Origin: a virus
Lineage: Duplodnaviria > Heunggongvirae > Uroviricota > Caudoviricetes
DNA: 64,000 nucleotides
IMG/VR virus record: IMGVR_UViG_3300037321_000115
Reading direction: 5' to 3' (one strand)
The notes beneath the pieces are model-generated. The model ran no database searches and was not told the DNA's origin. It worked only from the letters and a program-made list of their open reading frames with translations. The translations under genes were made by a program, and so were the position numbers. Shown here in pieces: positions 1 through 9,063 of this stretch; the first letter of the stretch is position 1; each line of letters begins with the position of its first letter.

Positions 1-168
1 GAAGGTTACCCTACTGCCCACCTAGAGTGGGACGACCGCAAATCGGCGCTTGAAGGCCTAAGAGCATACCGTGGCCGTAGTGAATTGGCTGCTGAGGCCC
101 GCGGCTGTTTTATCGCGCTCCTCTGCATTATGGACGAGATAAGGGACCGTACCGATGGACGTACTTAA
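1..168 (+). CDS. 3' end of a hypothetical protein truncated by the window edge
   Basis: Frame 1 is open from base 1 (EGYPTAHLEWDDRKSALE...RTDGRT) to TAA at 166-168, overlapping the next ATG at 155. Translated by hand. Confidence 0.45.
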   Translation, partial: EGYPTAHLEWDDRKSALEGLRAYRGRSELAAEARGCFIALLCIMDEIRDRTDGRT

Positions 169-379
169 CACCATCCTGCAGTGGATTGTAGCTCCCGTAG
201 CGGGTGCCGTCTGGATGCTGCACAACAAAACGCAGGCCAACACGACAGACATTGCTGTCATCAAGGCGCAAACTGCTGCAACCAAGGAAGCCTCTGACCG
301 TGAGTTTAAAGAGGTCAAGGAGAGCTTCAAGGCGGTCTTGGAAAAACTTGACAACATCGAGCAGCACTTGAGGACGTGA
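155..379 (+). CDS. Small membrane-anchored coiled-coil protein (lysis-cassette associated)
   Basis: N-terminal hydrophobic segment (ILQWIVAPVAGAVWML) followed by a heptad-like helix; located just upstream of the holin and endolysin. Confidence 0.6.
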   Translation: MDVLNTILQWIVAPVAGAVWMLHNKTQANTTDIAVIKAQTAATKEASDREFKEVKESFKAVLEKLDNIEQHLRT

Positions 380-380
380 T

Positions 381-866
381 GTGGACCCAGCTTCCGTAAC
401 CCTCGCGATAGGCGCAGCCAGTAAAGCGTTCTCGATGCTCAAGCATGGGTTTGAGGTTGGGCGCGATATTGAGTCTATGCACGGTGACATCCAAAAGTGG
501 ATGGGAGCGTCTACGCAAATCTCAGCGATTGAGAAGGCTACAAAAAACCCAAGCCTTATTTCTCGCCTGCGCACTGGGGCTGACAACATTGAGGCGATGG
601 CTACACAGGCGGTACTGGCGCGCAAGCAGATTGAGGCGCAACGCTACGAGCTGAAAGTGTGGGTGTCGATGACCTACGGCATAGGGGCGTGGGAGGAAAT
701 TCTGCGCACTGAAGGCCAGCTGCGCAAGCAGCGACAGGCAGCGATAGCAGCACAACATGCCTTCCTCGTAAAAGTGTTCCTTGGCGTGAGCCTTTTTGTT
801 ATACTCATCACAGGCGGTGGGCTGCTATACTTCTTCACCCTATTTTTGAAGGGCTTACAACAATGA
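381..866 (+). CDS. Conserved phage hypothetical protein with C-terminal transmembrane helix
   Basis: MDPASVTLAIGAASKAF start, C-terminal hydrophobic stretch, ATGA overlap with the next gene. Confidence 0.7.
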   Translation: MDPASVTLAIGAASKAFSMLKHGFEVGRDIESMHGDIQKWMGASTQISAIEKATKNPSLISRLRTGADNIEAMATQAVLARKQIEAQRYELKVWVSMTYGIGAWEEILRTEGQLRKQRQAAIAAQHAFLVKVFLGVSLFVILITGGGLLYFFTLFLKGLQQ

Positions 867-1345
867 AAAACCTGACAGCAATACTCGGAGCAGTAGCCCC
901 GACCCTCGCAACCGCGATAGGCGGCCCTCTAGGCGGCATGGCGCTTAGGCTGGTGGCTGACAAACTAGGACTTCCTGAATCGACCTTGGAAGCGGTGGAT
1001 GCAGCGGTGGCAAACGCTACCCCGGCTCAGCTGGCTGAGATCAAAAAAGTCGAGGCGGACTTCAAGGTCAGCATGAAACAGCTGGACGTGGACTTGGTGA
1101 AGATTGCCGCGGCAGACCGTGATAGCGCGCGCCGCCGACATGCTAGTGTCAAAGATATGACACCCACCGTCCTCGCCGTTGGAACGCTAATCGCGTTCTT
1201 TGGGTACGTCGGGGCGGTGACGTTCATCGACCACGGTGCCGATCTTGGCCTTATCAACGTCGCCGTAGGCTGGCTGGGTGGTAGCGCATCCGCTGTCATC
1301 TCGTTCTACTTCGGCGCTAGCAATACCCCGGAGAAAAACACATGA
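863..1345 (+). CDS. Holin (3TM, GTA-holin-like family)
   Basis: LGAVAPTLATAIGGPLGG N-terminus, ADRDSARRR motif, two C-terminal TM helices ending in SFYFGAS; adjacent to the endolysin. Confidence 0.75.
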   Translation: MKNLTAILGAVAPTLATAIGGPLGGMALRLVADKLGLPESTLEAVDAAVANATPAQLAEIKKVEADFKVSMKQLDVDLVKIAAADRDSARRRHASVKDMTPTVLAVGTLIAFFGYVGAVTFIDHGADLGLINVAVGWLGGSASAVISFYFGASNTPEKNT

Positions 1346-1794
1346 ACTTCAGACTTTCAGCGCGCAGCGTGAGCAACCTACAGGGCGTAGACGAGCAGCT
1401 CGTGGCAACTGTGGAGCTGGCGATCCTGACCACAAAGATTGATTTTGGCGTGATCTGCGGTGTCCGCACAATAGAAGAGCAGCGCGTGTTGGTCGACAAA
1501 GGCGCGAGCCAGACCATGCGCTCCAAGCACCTAGATGGCAAGGCTGTTGACCTGATGGCCTATATTGGCAGCCGGGGGTCGTGGGAACTGAACCTCTATG
1601 ACGACATCGCTGACGCCATGAAGGAGGCCGCTGTAGAGACGGGCGCTGTCCTGCGCTGGGGTGCCGCGTGGCATATACCAGACATCCGCAAATGGAGCGG
1701 CACAATGGAGCAAGCCATGAACGCCTATGTGGATTTGCGCCGCAGTCAGGGGAGGCGCCCATTCATAGACGGCCCTCACTTCGAGATACTGTAA
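1342..1794 (+). CDS. Endolysin, peptidase M15 family (L-Ala-D-Glu peptidase-like)
   Basis: GVRTIEEQ, SKHLDGKAVDL and DGPHFE Zn-binding motifs. Confidence 0.9.
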   Translation: MNFRLSARSVSNLQGVDEQLVATVELAILTTKIDFGVICGVRTIEEQRVLVDKGASQTMRSKHLDGKAVDLMAYIGSRGSWELNLYDDIADAMKEAAVETGAVLRWGAAWHIPDIRKWSGTMEQAMNAYVDLRRSQGRRPFIDGPHFEIL

Positions 1795-1819
1795 CCCAAA
1801 CCCACAAGGGGACACACCA

Positions 1820-1954
1820 ATGATGGCCAAAAATAAAAAGCCAATGAGCTACAAAAAGGGTGGTATGGTATTCAAACCGTGCCCCGGATGCCCGAACCCA
1901 ACCAAGTGCAAGGCTATGGGTAAGTGCATGAAGAAGGTGGGTGCGAAGAAGTGA
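1820..1954 (+). CDS. 44-aa basic Cys-rich protein (absent from the ORF track)
   Basis: Hand translation MMAKNKKPMSYKKGGMVFKPCPGCPNPTKCKAMGKCMKKVGAKK; the stop overlaps the GTG start of the next gene (GTGA at 1951-1954). Confidence 0.7.
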   Translation: MMAKNKKPMSYKKGGMVFKPCPGCPNPTKCKAMGKCMKKVGAKK

Positions 1955-4365
1955 CCGCCCTAAAGATCATCAACTTTCTTGGCGTCGTACCAAAGAACTC
2001 CGCGGAGTTATTGCCAGATACTGCTGCGCAAGTAGCTGAGAACTGCAAGCTCTACTCTGGTGATCTTATACCCTACCCGCTACCAGTCATCACCGCGAAC
2101 ACAGGGCGTACGGGAGAAACCCGTACGCTTTACGCGTTGCGCGACCCAGACACAGACGAACCCGTGTGGTTGTCGTGGCCCAACGACGTGGACATTGTCA
2201 CGCCTGCGGCAGACGAGATCAACGAGCAGCGGTTCTACTACGCAGGTGACGGCGTGCCGAAGGTTAGCACCTACGACCTTGCCACTACGGGCATAGCGCC
2301 GTACCCCACGGGGTTTTACGAGTTAGGGCTGCCGCTCCCAACAGCGACACCTACTGCAACTTCGACGCCGTTTACACCAGCGACATCGGCGAGCTTCGCG
2401 CGCGACGCTAGTAACAACGTGACGCTGGTCACAGCATCACCGCACAATCTCAAGACTGGTGCGTTCGCCACGATCTCTGGGTTTGCGTTCCGCACCGGTA
2501 CCTACAGCCAAGCAGGTAGCACGGTCACAGTAACAATCACCGGGCATGGCCTGACAACGGGCGCGCAAGTGTTTGTAGAGTTTACCAGTGGCGGCGCGCT
2601 GCCCGGCTCGTACAACGTCACGGTTGTTAGCGCGAACACCTTCACCACTGCTGCACCTGACTCCGCTACCCGGTCGGGCGACGCGCGGTGGGACATCCGC
2701 GACCTAAACATTACGGCTGACATCACAGTCGCAGACGCGACAACGATTACATACCGCGCAGCTGGCCCCGCTGTCACAACGACAGCCGACACAGCTGGCA
2801 AAGTCGATCTCGGCGGCGCGGTGCTTGCGCGCAACTACGCCTACACATGGTTCACCCCATGGCAGGAGGAGTCCGTGGGTTCCATCCCGTCCGAGCCGCT
2901 GTTCGTAAAAGAAGGGCAGATCACCACTGTTGCGGGGCTGCCGACTGCGCCCCCAGCGGGCACGTTCGTCCGTGGTATTAGACTGTACCGGTCCCTCGCA
3001 GGGGCGAATGGTACAAGCGAGTTCTTCCGGCTAGCTACCCTGTGGTTCCCTAACCCGCTGGCACGCGCGTCGCGCGCAGCAAATGTGTCTCGCGTACGGC
3101 TGGAGTCTCCACACAACTTGTTGGAAGGTGACCGGGTCAAGATCAGCGGCGCGGCCCCAGCGAGCTTTAACATAACTGGCGGTGTCGTCACGGCGCTCGT
3201 CGACCAGTACACGTTCGAGTACGCGCAGACAGCGGCTGATGTCGCAGATAATGCAGCCACTGGCACGCTTTATTATGACAGCGCGGAGCGCGCGGCGGAC
3301 CCGGCTCGGTACTGGGGCGACGGCGGCGTATACACCTTTACCGACAACTTCAGCTTCCGCAGCCTGCTGAACATCCTGTCAACAGATAACTACAACGCAC
3401 CGCCCGAAGACCTGCAAGGTCTGGCCGTCCTCAAGAACAACATTCTTGTGGGGTTTGCGGGTAACGACCTGTACTTCTCCGAGCCTGACAAGTTCCACGC
3501 GTGGCCGGTGGAATACAAGCGCTCGCTGGAACATAACATCGTCAAGATCGTCCCAATCGCTGGGGACCTACTCGTACTGACAGACAGCTACCCCTATTAC
3601 GTATCTGGTAGCGACCCACGGACGTTGTCGATTGACAAGGTGGACGCCCGATACCCATGCGTAAGCCGGCGCAGCGTCGCGTTGACCGCCGGTGGCGTTG
3701 TGTTCTCATCGCACGACGGGCTGATTACCATGGGGCCTATGGCTGGCCCGCAAGTCTTCTCTGCAAAAGTACACAGTAGCGATACATGGAACGCAGCACT
3801 CGACCCAGAAACCGTGGTGGGTGCTAACTACAAAGAGGTGTACTTCGCAGCGCACAGCGCGGGCTCTTTCGTTTACGAAGTGCTGGAGCGTGGCGCGTCT
3901 TTTGTAAACAGCGACTACACGTTCTCTGCTACGTGGTACGATCCACTGACAAATATCCTATACTACACCAGCGGTGAGAACGGCGATGTGTACCGTTGGG
4001 ATGATCCGACGCAGCCCACAGCTACATTGGAGTGGAAGTCCAAGGCTTTTATCACTCCGCTGTACACCAACGTAGGCGCGGCGCGCGTTGTAGCCGACTA
4101 CACCGGTGCGGTCTTCTCGTCTGTTTGGGACACTGCAGGTATCAACTGGGAAGCGGCAGAGGAGAACTGGGACCAAGACGACCCGCTGACGTTTAGCCTC
4201 TACGTTGACAAGCAGCTGGAGTTCACAACGACATTGGACAGCAGTGATACATTCCGCCTCCCTACTGGCTATAAGTCTGATACGTTTGAGTTTGGCGTGT
4301 CGGGTACGATCCGCGTGCGGTCGATCCACGTAGCTGAGACACCTTCAGCGTTGGTGCGTGTCTGA
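1951..4365 (+). CDS. Tail nozzle / DNA stabilization protein (P22 gp10 / tail tubular B-like) with inserted beta-domains
   Basis: Likely GTG start at 1951 (MTALKIINFLGVVPK...AENCKLYSGDL); beta-propeller-like C-terminal half (LYFSEP..FHAWP, CVSRRSV); located before the ejection proteins. Confidence 0.75.
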   Translation: MTALKIINFLGVVPKNSAELLPDTAAQVAENCKLYSGDLIPYPLPVITANTGRTGETRTLYALRDPDTDEPVWLSWPNDVDIVTPAADEINEQRFYYAGDGVPKVSTYDLATTGIAPYPTGFYELGLPLPTATPTATSTPFTPATSASFARDASNNVTLVTASPHNLKTGAFATISGFAFRTGTYSQAGSTVTVTITGHGLTTGAQVFVEFTSGGALPGSYNVTVVSANTFTTAAPDSATRSGDARWDIRDLNITADITVADATTITYRAAGPAVTTTADTAGKVDLGGAVLARNYAYTWFTPWQEESVGSIPSEPLFVKEGQITTVAGLPTAPPAGTFVRGIRLYRSLAGANGTSEFFRLATLWFPNPLARASRAANVSRVRLESPHNLLEGDRVKISGAAPASFNITGGVVTALVDQYTFEYAQTAADVADNAATGTLYYDSAERAADPARYWGDGGVYTFTDNFSFRSLLNILSTDNYNAPPEDLQGLAVLKNNILVGFAGNDLYFSEPDKFHAWPVEYKRSLEHNIVKIVPIAGDLLVLTDSYPYYVSGSDPRTLSIDKVDARYPCVSRRSVALTAGGVVFSSHDGLITMGPMAGPQVFSAKVHSSDTWNAALDPETVVGANYKEVYFAAHSAGSFVYEVLERGASFVNSDYTFSATWYDPLTNILYYTSGENGDVYRWDDPTQPTATLEWKSKAFITPLYTNVGAARVVADYTGAVFSSVWDTAGINWEAAEENWDQDDPLTFSLYVDKQLEFTTTLDSSDTFRLPTGYKSDTFEFGVSGTIRVRSIHVAETPSALVRV

Positions 4366-4709
4366 TGCCCCGGTTCACAGCAGTACCAGCGCTACCCCCG
4401 GCTGGGCTTGAGCCAGCTCAGTACCGGCTGCTGGCGGCCATGAAAGAAAACGTTGAACTTTTAACCGGTACGCGCGGCGAACTTGACGGTGCCAGCCAAG
4501 CTATTACACGCGACGCGGTGTCAATACCCGCGGCGGCCGCCCAGTTTACTAGCTTGTCAGCACGGGGTAGCGGATATACTATAAATGGTGTACAGTTAGT
4601 AAGCCTTTCCGACTACCAGAACTTGTTGCGCGACGTGCAGAACTTGGCTGCGGATGTAAACACCTTGCGAACCGCGCTGAACGCGCTGCTACAGCAACTC
4701 GGGAGATAG
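4365..4709 (+). CDS. Hypothetical virion-associated protein
   Basis: TGATG coupling to the upstream gene; C-terminal coiled coil. Confidence 0.65.
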   Translation: MPRFTAVPALPPAGLEPAQYRLLAAMKENVELLTGTRGELDGASQAITRDAVSIPAAAAQFTSLSARGSGYTINGVQLVSLSDYQNLLRDVQNLAADVNTLRTALNALLQQLGR

Positions 4710-4711
4710 CG

Positions 4712-5524
4712 ATGCAGAATATGAACCGCCCAACGGTGCCCGCCCCACAGTCCACAACTTCGCTGGACCTGCCGCCTGCGCTGGCGCGACTACTTGCAGC
4801 ACCAATGTTGCAGGCAATGCCTATGCCACAGCAGGCTCCGCAGCAAATACCAATGAACAACATGGCCCCACCACCTATGCCCAGCTACCAGCTGGGTGGT
4901 ATGGTCGGCCCCGGCGGTATGCCAGTCCGCCCCCAGACAGCAATGCCTCCCGGTGCGGGTATGCCCCAGCCCGGTATGCCCGGGCAGCAACCCGGCCTAC
5001 AACAGCCCGGCGGCATGAGCACCACAGAGGACCCACAGATTTTAGAGGCGCAAGTCCAAGACCTCATCCGTCGTGACCCGCAGCAGGTGCAGGAAATCCA
5101 AGTGGAGATTCAACAGGGGCTACAGTCTGGTGAATTAACGCCAGAAAGTATTCAGATGATTGGCCAGCTCGCAGTCGTCGGGCTGCAGAACCCCAAGATG
5201 TACCCCCAGATCAGGCAGTCGCTGCTGCAAGGTGGGTTCTTGGACGAGGAAGACCTACCGCTTGATTACAACCAAGGCGTAATGCTCCTGCTGTACCTGA
5301 TTGGTAAGGTCGGTGAGCAAGTCATCTCGGGTGGCGGCCAGTCGATGATGTCAATGGAGAAAGGCGGCCCACTGCCAACTAACAGCCCTAAGCCAGATGG
5401 GTCCATTCCAATTAACGCCCACGAGGGCGAGTACGTTATCCCAGCGGATGTGGTGCGCGCGAAGGGTACTGAGTTCTTCGACAAGCTGCTCCAGCAGTAC
5501 AAGCAAGAAGGGGCAGCGAAATGA
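4712..5524 (+). CDS. Pro/Gln/Met-rich putative internal virion protein
   Basis: Low-complexity N-terminus; C-terminal DGSIPINAHEGEYVIPADVVRAKGTEFFDKL motif of a kind common in podophage structural modules. Confidence 0.65.
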   Translation: MQNMNRPTVPAPQSTTSLDLPPALARLLAAPMLQAMPMPQQAPQQIPMNNMAPPPMPSYQLGGMVGPGGMPVRPQTAMPPGAGMPQPGMPGQQPGLQQPGGMSTTEDPQILEAQVQDLIRRDPQQVQEIQVEIQQGLQSGELTPESIQMIGQLAVVGLQNPKMYPQIRQSLLQGGFLDEEDLPLDYNQGVMLLLYLIGKVGEQVISGGGQSMMSMEKGGPLPTNSPKPDGSIPINAHEGEYVIPADVVRAKGTEFFDKLLQQYKQEGAAK

Positions 5525-6546
5525 AAAAGTTATTTAAGAAGATGCTACGCATCGCCGCGGCCGTAGCTGTAGTCGTGTTCGCACCTGCTATAGCCGCAAG
5601 CATTGCCGCGGCGGTCCCAGCTCTTGCACCAATTATGACCGGTGCGTTTGGCACGCCACTTGTTGGCGCTGCGATTGGAGGGGCGACGTCCGCTGCCACT
5701 GGTGGGACATTCACGGAAGGCGCGCTCATCGGCGGTGCCCTCGGCTACGCTAGCCCCATGTTAGGTGCCGGCACTCCCGGTGGATTCCTCGGGAGTGGGT
5801 ACGGTGCGTCAGCGGCTACCGCTGCAGCACCCGGCGTAGCGACAGCAGCACCCGGCCTAGCGACAGCAGCACCCGGCGTAGCAGCACCCGGCGTAGCAGC
5901 ACCCAGCACTTTTCTCGGTACAGTAGGTAAGGCTGCTTCTACTGGGGCGACTGTATTAACTGCGCTGTCTGCTGTGCAGCAGGCGCGCCTCGCAGCCTCG
6001 GTCGCTGATGGGTCAACTGAGGGCCTAACCACCGAGGAGGTTGCACTACGTACGCGGTTCCAAGGGGAACTCGAAGAACTGTCAACGACCAACCGCGCGC
6101 AGTATAACCAACTCGTTTCGCAGGGCCGCGACCTCATCGCCCGTGGTACAGCCAACCCTGAACTGGCTTACGGCCAAGCCTCTGCTGCGACGCAGCGTGC
6201 AGGGCTCGACCTGAGCCGAGCGGCTGCGCCGGGTATGGCCTCTGAACTGCAACGCCGTACTGCTATTGACGCCGCGCGCTCCGGCGGCGGTGCTGCTGTG
6301 CAGGAACAGATGCGCGCTGACGGCGCGCAGGCATCAGGCATCTCCGCCCTGAACGGGTTAGGGACAGCACCGCAGGGTGCTGCTGCAGGGCTCATGCTGC
6401 AGGCAGACGCCGACCGCCAGCGTCGTGATGAGGACGAAGCCGAGCGGCTGCGCCGTATGGGGCAGAGCGGAGCCGCGCTCACGTCAGCCGCGGACTCATT
6501 GAAAGACCTATTCCCAGTTGCCACGCCTGCGGCCGGCATTAGCTAA
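5521..6546 (+). CDS. Putative DNA pilot / ejection protein
   Basis: Ala/Gly-rich hydrophobic N-terminus then a helical Q/R/A-rich region; ATGA coupling; position in the ejectosome cluster. Confidence 0.6.
   Translation: MKKLFKKMLRIAAAVAVVVFAPAIAASIAAAVPALAPIMTGAFGTPLVGAAIGGATSAATGGTFTEGALIGGALGYASPMLGAGTPGGFLGSGYGASAATAAAPGVATAAPGLATAAPGVAAPGVAAPSTFLGTVGKAASTGATVLTALSAVQQARLAASVADGSTEGLTTEEVALRTRFQGELEELSTTNRAQYNQLVSQGRDLIARGTANPELAYGQASAATQRAGLDLSRAAAPGMASELQRRTAIDAARSGGGAAVQEQMRADGAQASGISALNGLGTAPQGAAAGLMLQADADRQRRDEDEAERLRRMGQSGAALTSAADSLKDLFPVATPAAGIS
5822..5905 (+). repeat. Coding tandem repeat (GCAGCACCCGGCGTAGC core; AAPGVAT/AAPGV)
   Basis: Four to five near-identical 15-21 nt units are visible. 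Confidence 0.8.
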
Positions 6547-6558
6547 GGAGACCATGCT

Positions 6559-9054
6559 GTGGTAGCGACGACAAGAGAAGGGTACCTGATACCCACGTAC
6601 GGCCCCACTAATATATCACCGTCGGCTGGTGCAGAAGCAGGTATGGCTGCTGTCCGCGCAGTACAAACTCAGCGCGAGCAAACGCTTAACTCGCGCCAAA
6701 GTCGTGCGTCTGTCGACCAGCAGATGCGCCGACTAGACGAAGCCGATGGTGTGGCTGCAGCCGAACGGGACAGAGTTAAAACCACGCGAGATAAAGAGGA
6801 AGCCGAGTTCCTAAAGTTCTTTAAGGGCACCGCACCCCCACCATTTAAAGCCGGGGTGCAACCCGAGCAATTTGGAGCCGTGGGCGCAGGCCTGACATAT
6901 GGACCCGCCGTGCCTGCCATGCAACCCGGGCAGTTTGGAGCCAGCGCAGGACTGTCATTTGGGCCCGCCGTTCCCGCCGTGCAGCCCGGGGCCGTGGGCG
7001 CAGGCCTGTCATTTGGGTCCACCGTGCCCGCACTGGATGCCACACCGCGCGTGGGCCTGTCACTTGGGTCCGACGTACCACCGGGGGCCCCCGGCGGACA
7101 ACCACTACCGTTTGGTGCAGATGTTTCAGCACGCCTTCCGGATACCCCCTTGGCCGTACGGCTTGCCCCAGTTTGGGCGCGGCTGGAGCAGCAAAATAAC
7201 CTGCCACAGGGTTATCTGCGCCGACTTGCCGAGGTCGAGAGCAGCTTGGACCCCGCAGCTCGCAACAAGGACAGTACTGCTGAAGGTCTGTTTCAGTTTC
7301 TGCGCGACACTGCCCGAGAGTACAACGTACAGAACCCAAGCGACCCGATGGACGCTACGCAAGGGGCGGTGCGGTACACCGTGAACTCCCTGCGGGTGCT
7401 TCCGAAGGGTTTAGGGCGGCAGCCTACGCCCGGCGAATTGTATCTGGCCCACCAGCAGGGGGCCGCTGGCGCAGTCGATCTGCTTCGTAACCCCAATCAA
7501 TTAGCGTCCGCGGTTGTGGGCGAGGCTGCAATCCGACTCAATGGCGGCGACCCGGCGACTATGACTGCGGGCGATTTCGCCGCGATCTGGATCAATAAGT
7601 TCGAAGGAGGGTCTAGCTCGCGGCGGAACGTGCCGCCGGGATCAAACGCTGCACCTCCGCCCCCCGCGGGGCTGACTGAGCCTGCTGCGCCCTCGATTAC
7701 CGAGGTAGACCCCGAAGCCACGGCGTTCCAACAAGACATACAAGGCTTGCTTCGGCAAGGCGACATTGCTGGCGCGCTCAACCGCATAGAGACGGGTTTG
7801 GCGATAGGCGAGTACGGCCTCATGGGTAGCCCCGTCGGCCGCATGGTGGGGTACTTTAAGGACGCTCCAGACGAAGCGGCCCGCAGAACCCAAGTACAGC
7901 AGGCGTTGCAGTGGTTCCAAGATAGCAAGAACGCGTCCTATATGCGCGACAACCCTGCGCTAATAGCTCAAGCCGCGGCCGACCCACTTGCGTTTGTCGC
8001 TGCCCAGCCGCGTGGGGCACCCGATGCGGCCGCAGCAGAAACACCTACTGCCCCTATACAAGTGCGCACACCCGGCGGCACTACGATTGCCGTATCCGAA
8101 CCCGATGCTCTCGCTGCCCCCGATGCTCCCGCTGCGCCCGCTGCTCCCGCCGCTGGGCTTACTGTTCCTCCCGATGCTGGGCTTACTGTTTCTCCTGCTG
8201 TTCCTCCTGCTGCTGCTCCCGATGCTGCTCCCGCTGCTGCTCCCGATGCTGCTCCCGCTGCTGCTCCCGATGCTGCTCCCGCCATTGCGGGCCTTCCAGC
8301 CACCCGTGGTGATGTCGCAGGCGAGATATTAAGCGCACCAGCGGGGGCACAGCTACCTAACCTCCGCCGAGTTACTAATGCGGGCCCTGCGCGTATGACC
8401 CAAGAGATGCAGGCGCTTGAGCAACAAGACGCCCTGCTCGCGCAGCTGGGGGAGTATTACGCAGCGACCGGTAATAGGGCAGAAGCGGTGGCGACGCGGT
8501 TCAAGCGTCTTGAGCTGCGCACGGTACATCAGGCGTTGCAAGGGGCGCAGGCAGTCGCGCGTATGGAAATGGGCGATTTCTCCATGGCCGCCAGTGCGGT
8601 GTCCAATGCAACTGGTGCGTCCGTACAAATCCAACCGCGCGCTGACGGTAAATTCAACCTGCTGGTAAATGGGCAGGTATTCGATGAAGGACTCACATAT
8701 GCTGAACTCAAAGACTACGTGCGAAGCACTACGGACAGCGCGTACCGGACCCAGCAGGCAGCGATTGCCGAAGCGATGTTTAAGGCTGATATTGAACAGA
8801 GCGGCAAGAACGCGGACTCAGAACGAAAGATAGTGGAAAAAGCTGCCGAGCTGTTCCAAACAGGCCAGAACGCCGAAGCGCTAGAAAAACTGAAGCAAGC
8901 AGGACTCTCAGTACAGTTGACAGACTTTGGGATTTTTCTATTTAGTCAGGACGGCAACAATGTATTTACGATAGACCCCGCGGGAAAGCTTTCGCCCGTG
9001 GGTGTCCCCCAACCAGTCGTGGGCCCGACTTCTACGCCCGTACCACTACGATAA
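6559..9054 (+). CDS. Internal virion protein with lytic transglycosylase (SLT) domain
   Basis: LAEVESSLDPAARN (catalytic Glu), AEGLFQFLRDTA and LYLAHQQG motifs, flanked by repeat linkers. Confidence 0.85.
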   Translation: MVATTREGYLIPTYGPTNISPSAGAEAGMAAVRAVQTQREQTLNSRQSRASVDQQMRRLDEADGVAAAERDRVKTTRDKEEAEFLKFFKGTAPPPFKAGVQPEQFGAVGAGLTYGPAVPAMQPGQFGASAGLSFGPAVPAVQPGAVGAGLSFGSTVPALDATPRVGLSLGSDVPPGAPGGQPLPFGADVSARLPDTPLAVRLAPVWARLEQQNNLPQGYLRRLAEVESSLDPAARNKDSTAEGLFQFLRDTAREYNVQNPSDPMDATQGAVRYTVNSLRVLPKGLGRQPTPGELYLAHQQGAAGAVDLLRNPNQLASAVVGEAAIRLNGGDPATMTAGDFAAIWINKFEGGSSSRRNVPPGSNAAPPPPAGLTEPAAPSITEVDPEATAFQQDIQGLLRQGDIAGALNRIETGLAIGEYGLMGSPVGRMVGYFKDAPDEAARRTQVQQALQWFQDSKNASYMRDNPALIAQAAADPLAFVAAQPRGAPDAAAAETPTAPIQVRTPGGTTIAVSEPDALAAPDAPAAPAAPAAGLTVPPDAGLTVSPAVPPAAAPDAAPAAAPDAAPAAAPDAAPAIAGLPATRGDVAGEILSAPAGAQLPNLRRVTNAGPARMTQEMQALEQQDALLAQLGEYYAATGNRAEAVATRFKRLELRTVHQALQGAQAVARMEMGDFSMAASAVSNATGASVQIQPRADGKFNLLVNGQVFDEGLTYAELKDYVRSTTDSAYRTQQAAIAEAMFKADIEQSGKNADSERKIVEKAAELFQTGQNAEALEKLKQAGLSVQLTDFGIFLFSQDGNNVFTIDPAGKLSPVGVPQPVVGPTSTPVPLR
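8100..8282 (+). repeat. Low-complexity coding repeat (24-nt PDAAPAAA units plus duplicated GLTV)
   Basis: GCTGCTCCCGATGCTGCTCCCGCT repeated about three times; GCTGGGCTTACTGTT twice. Confidence 0.8.
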
Positions 9055-9063
9055 GGTGAACCC

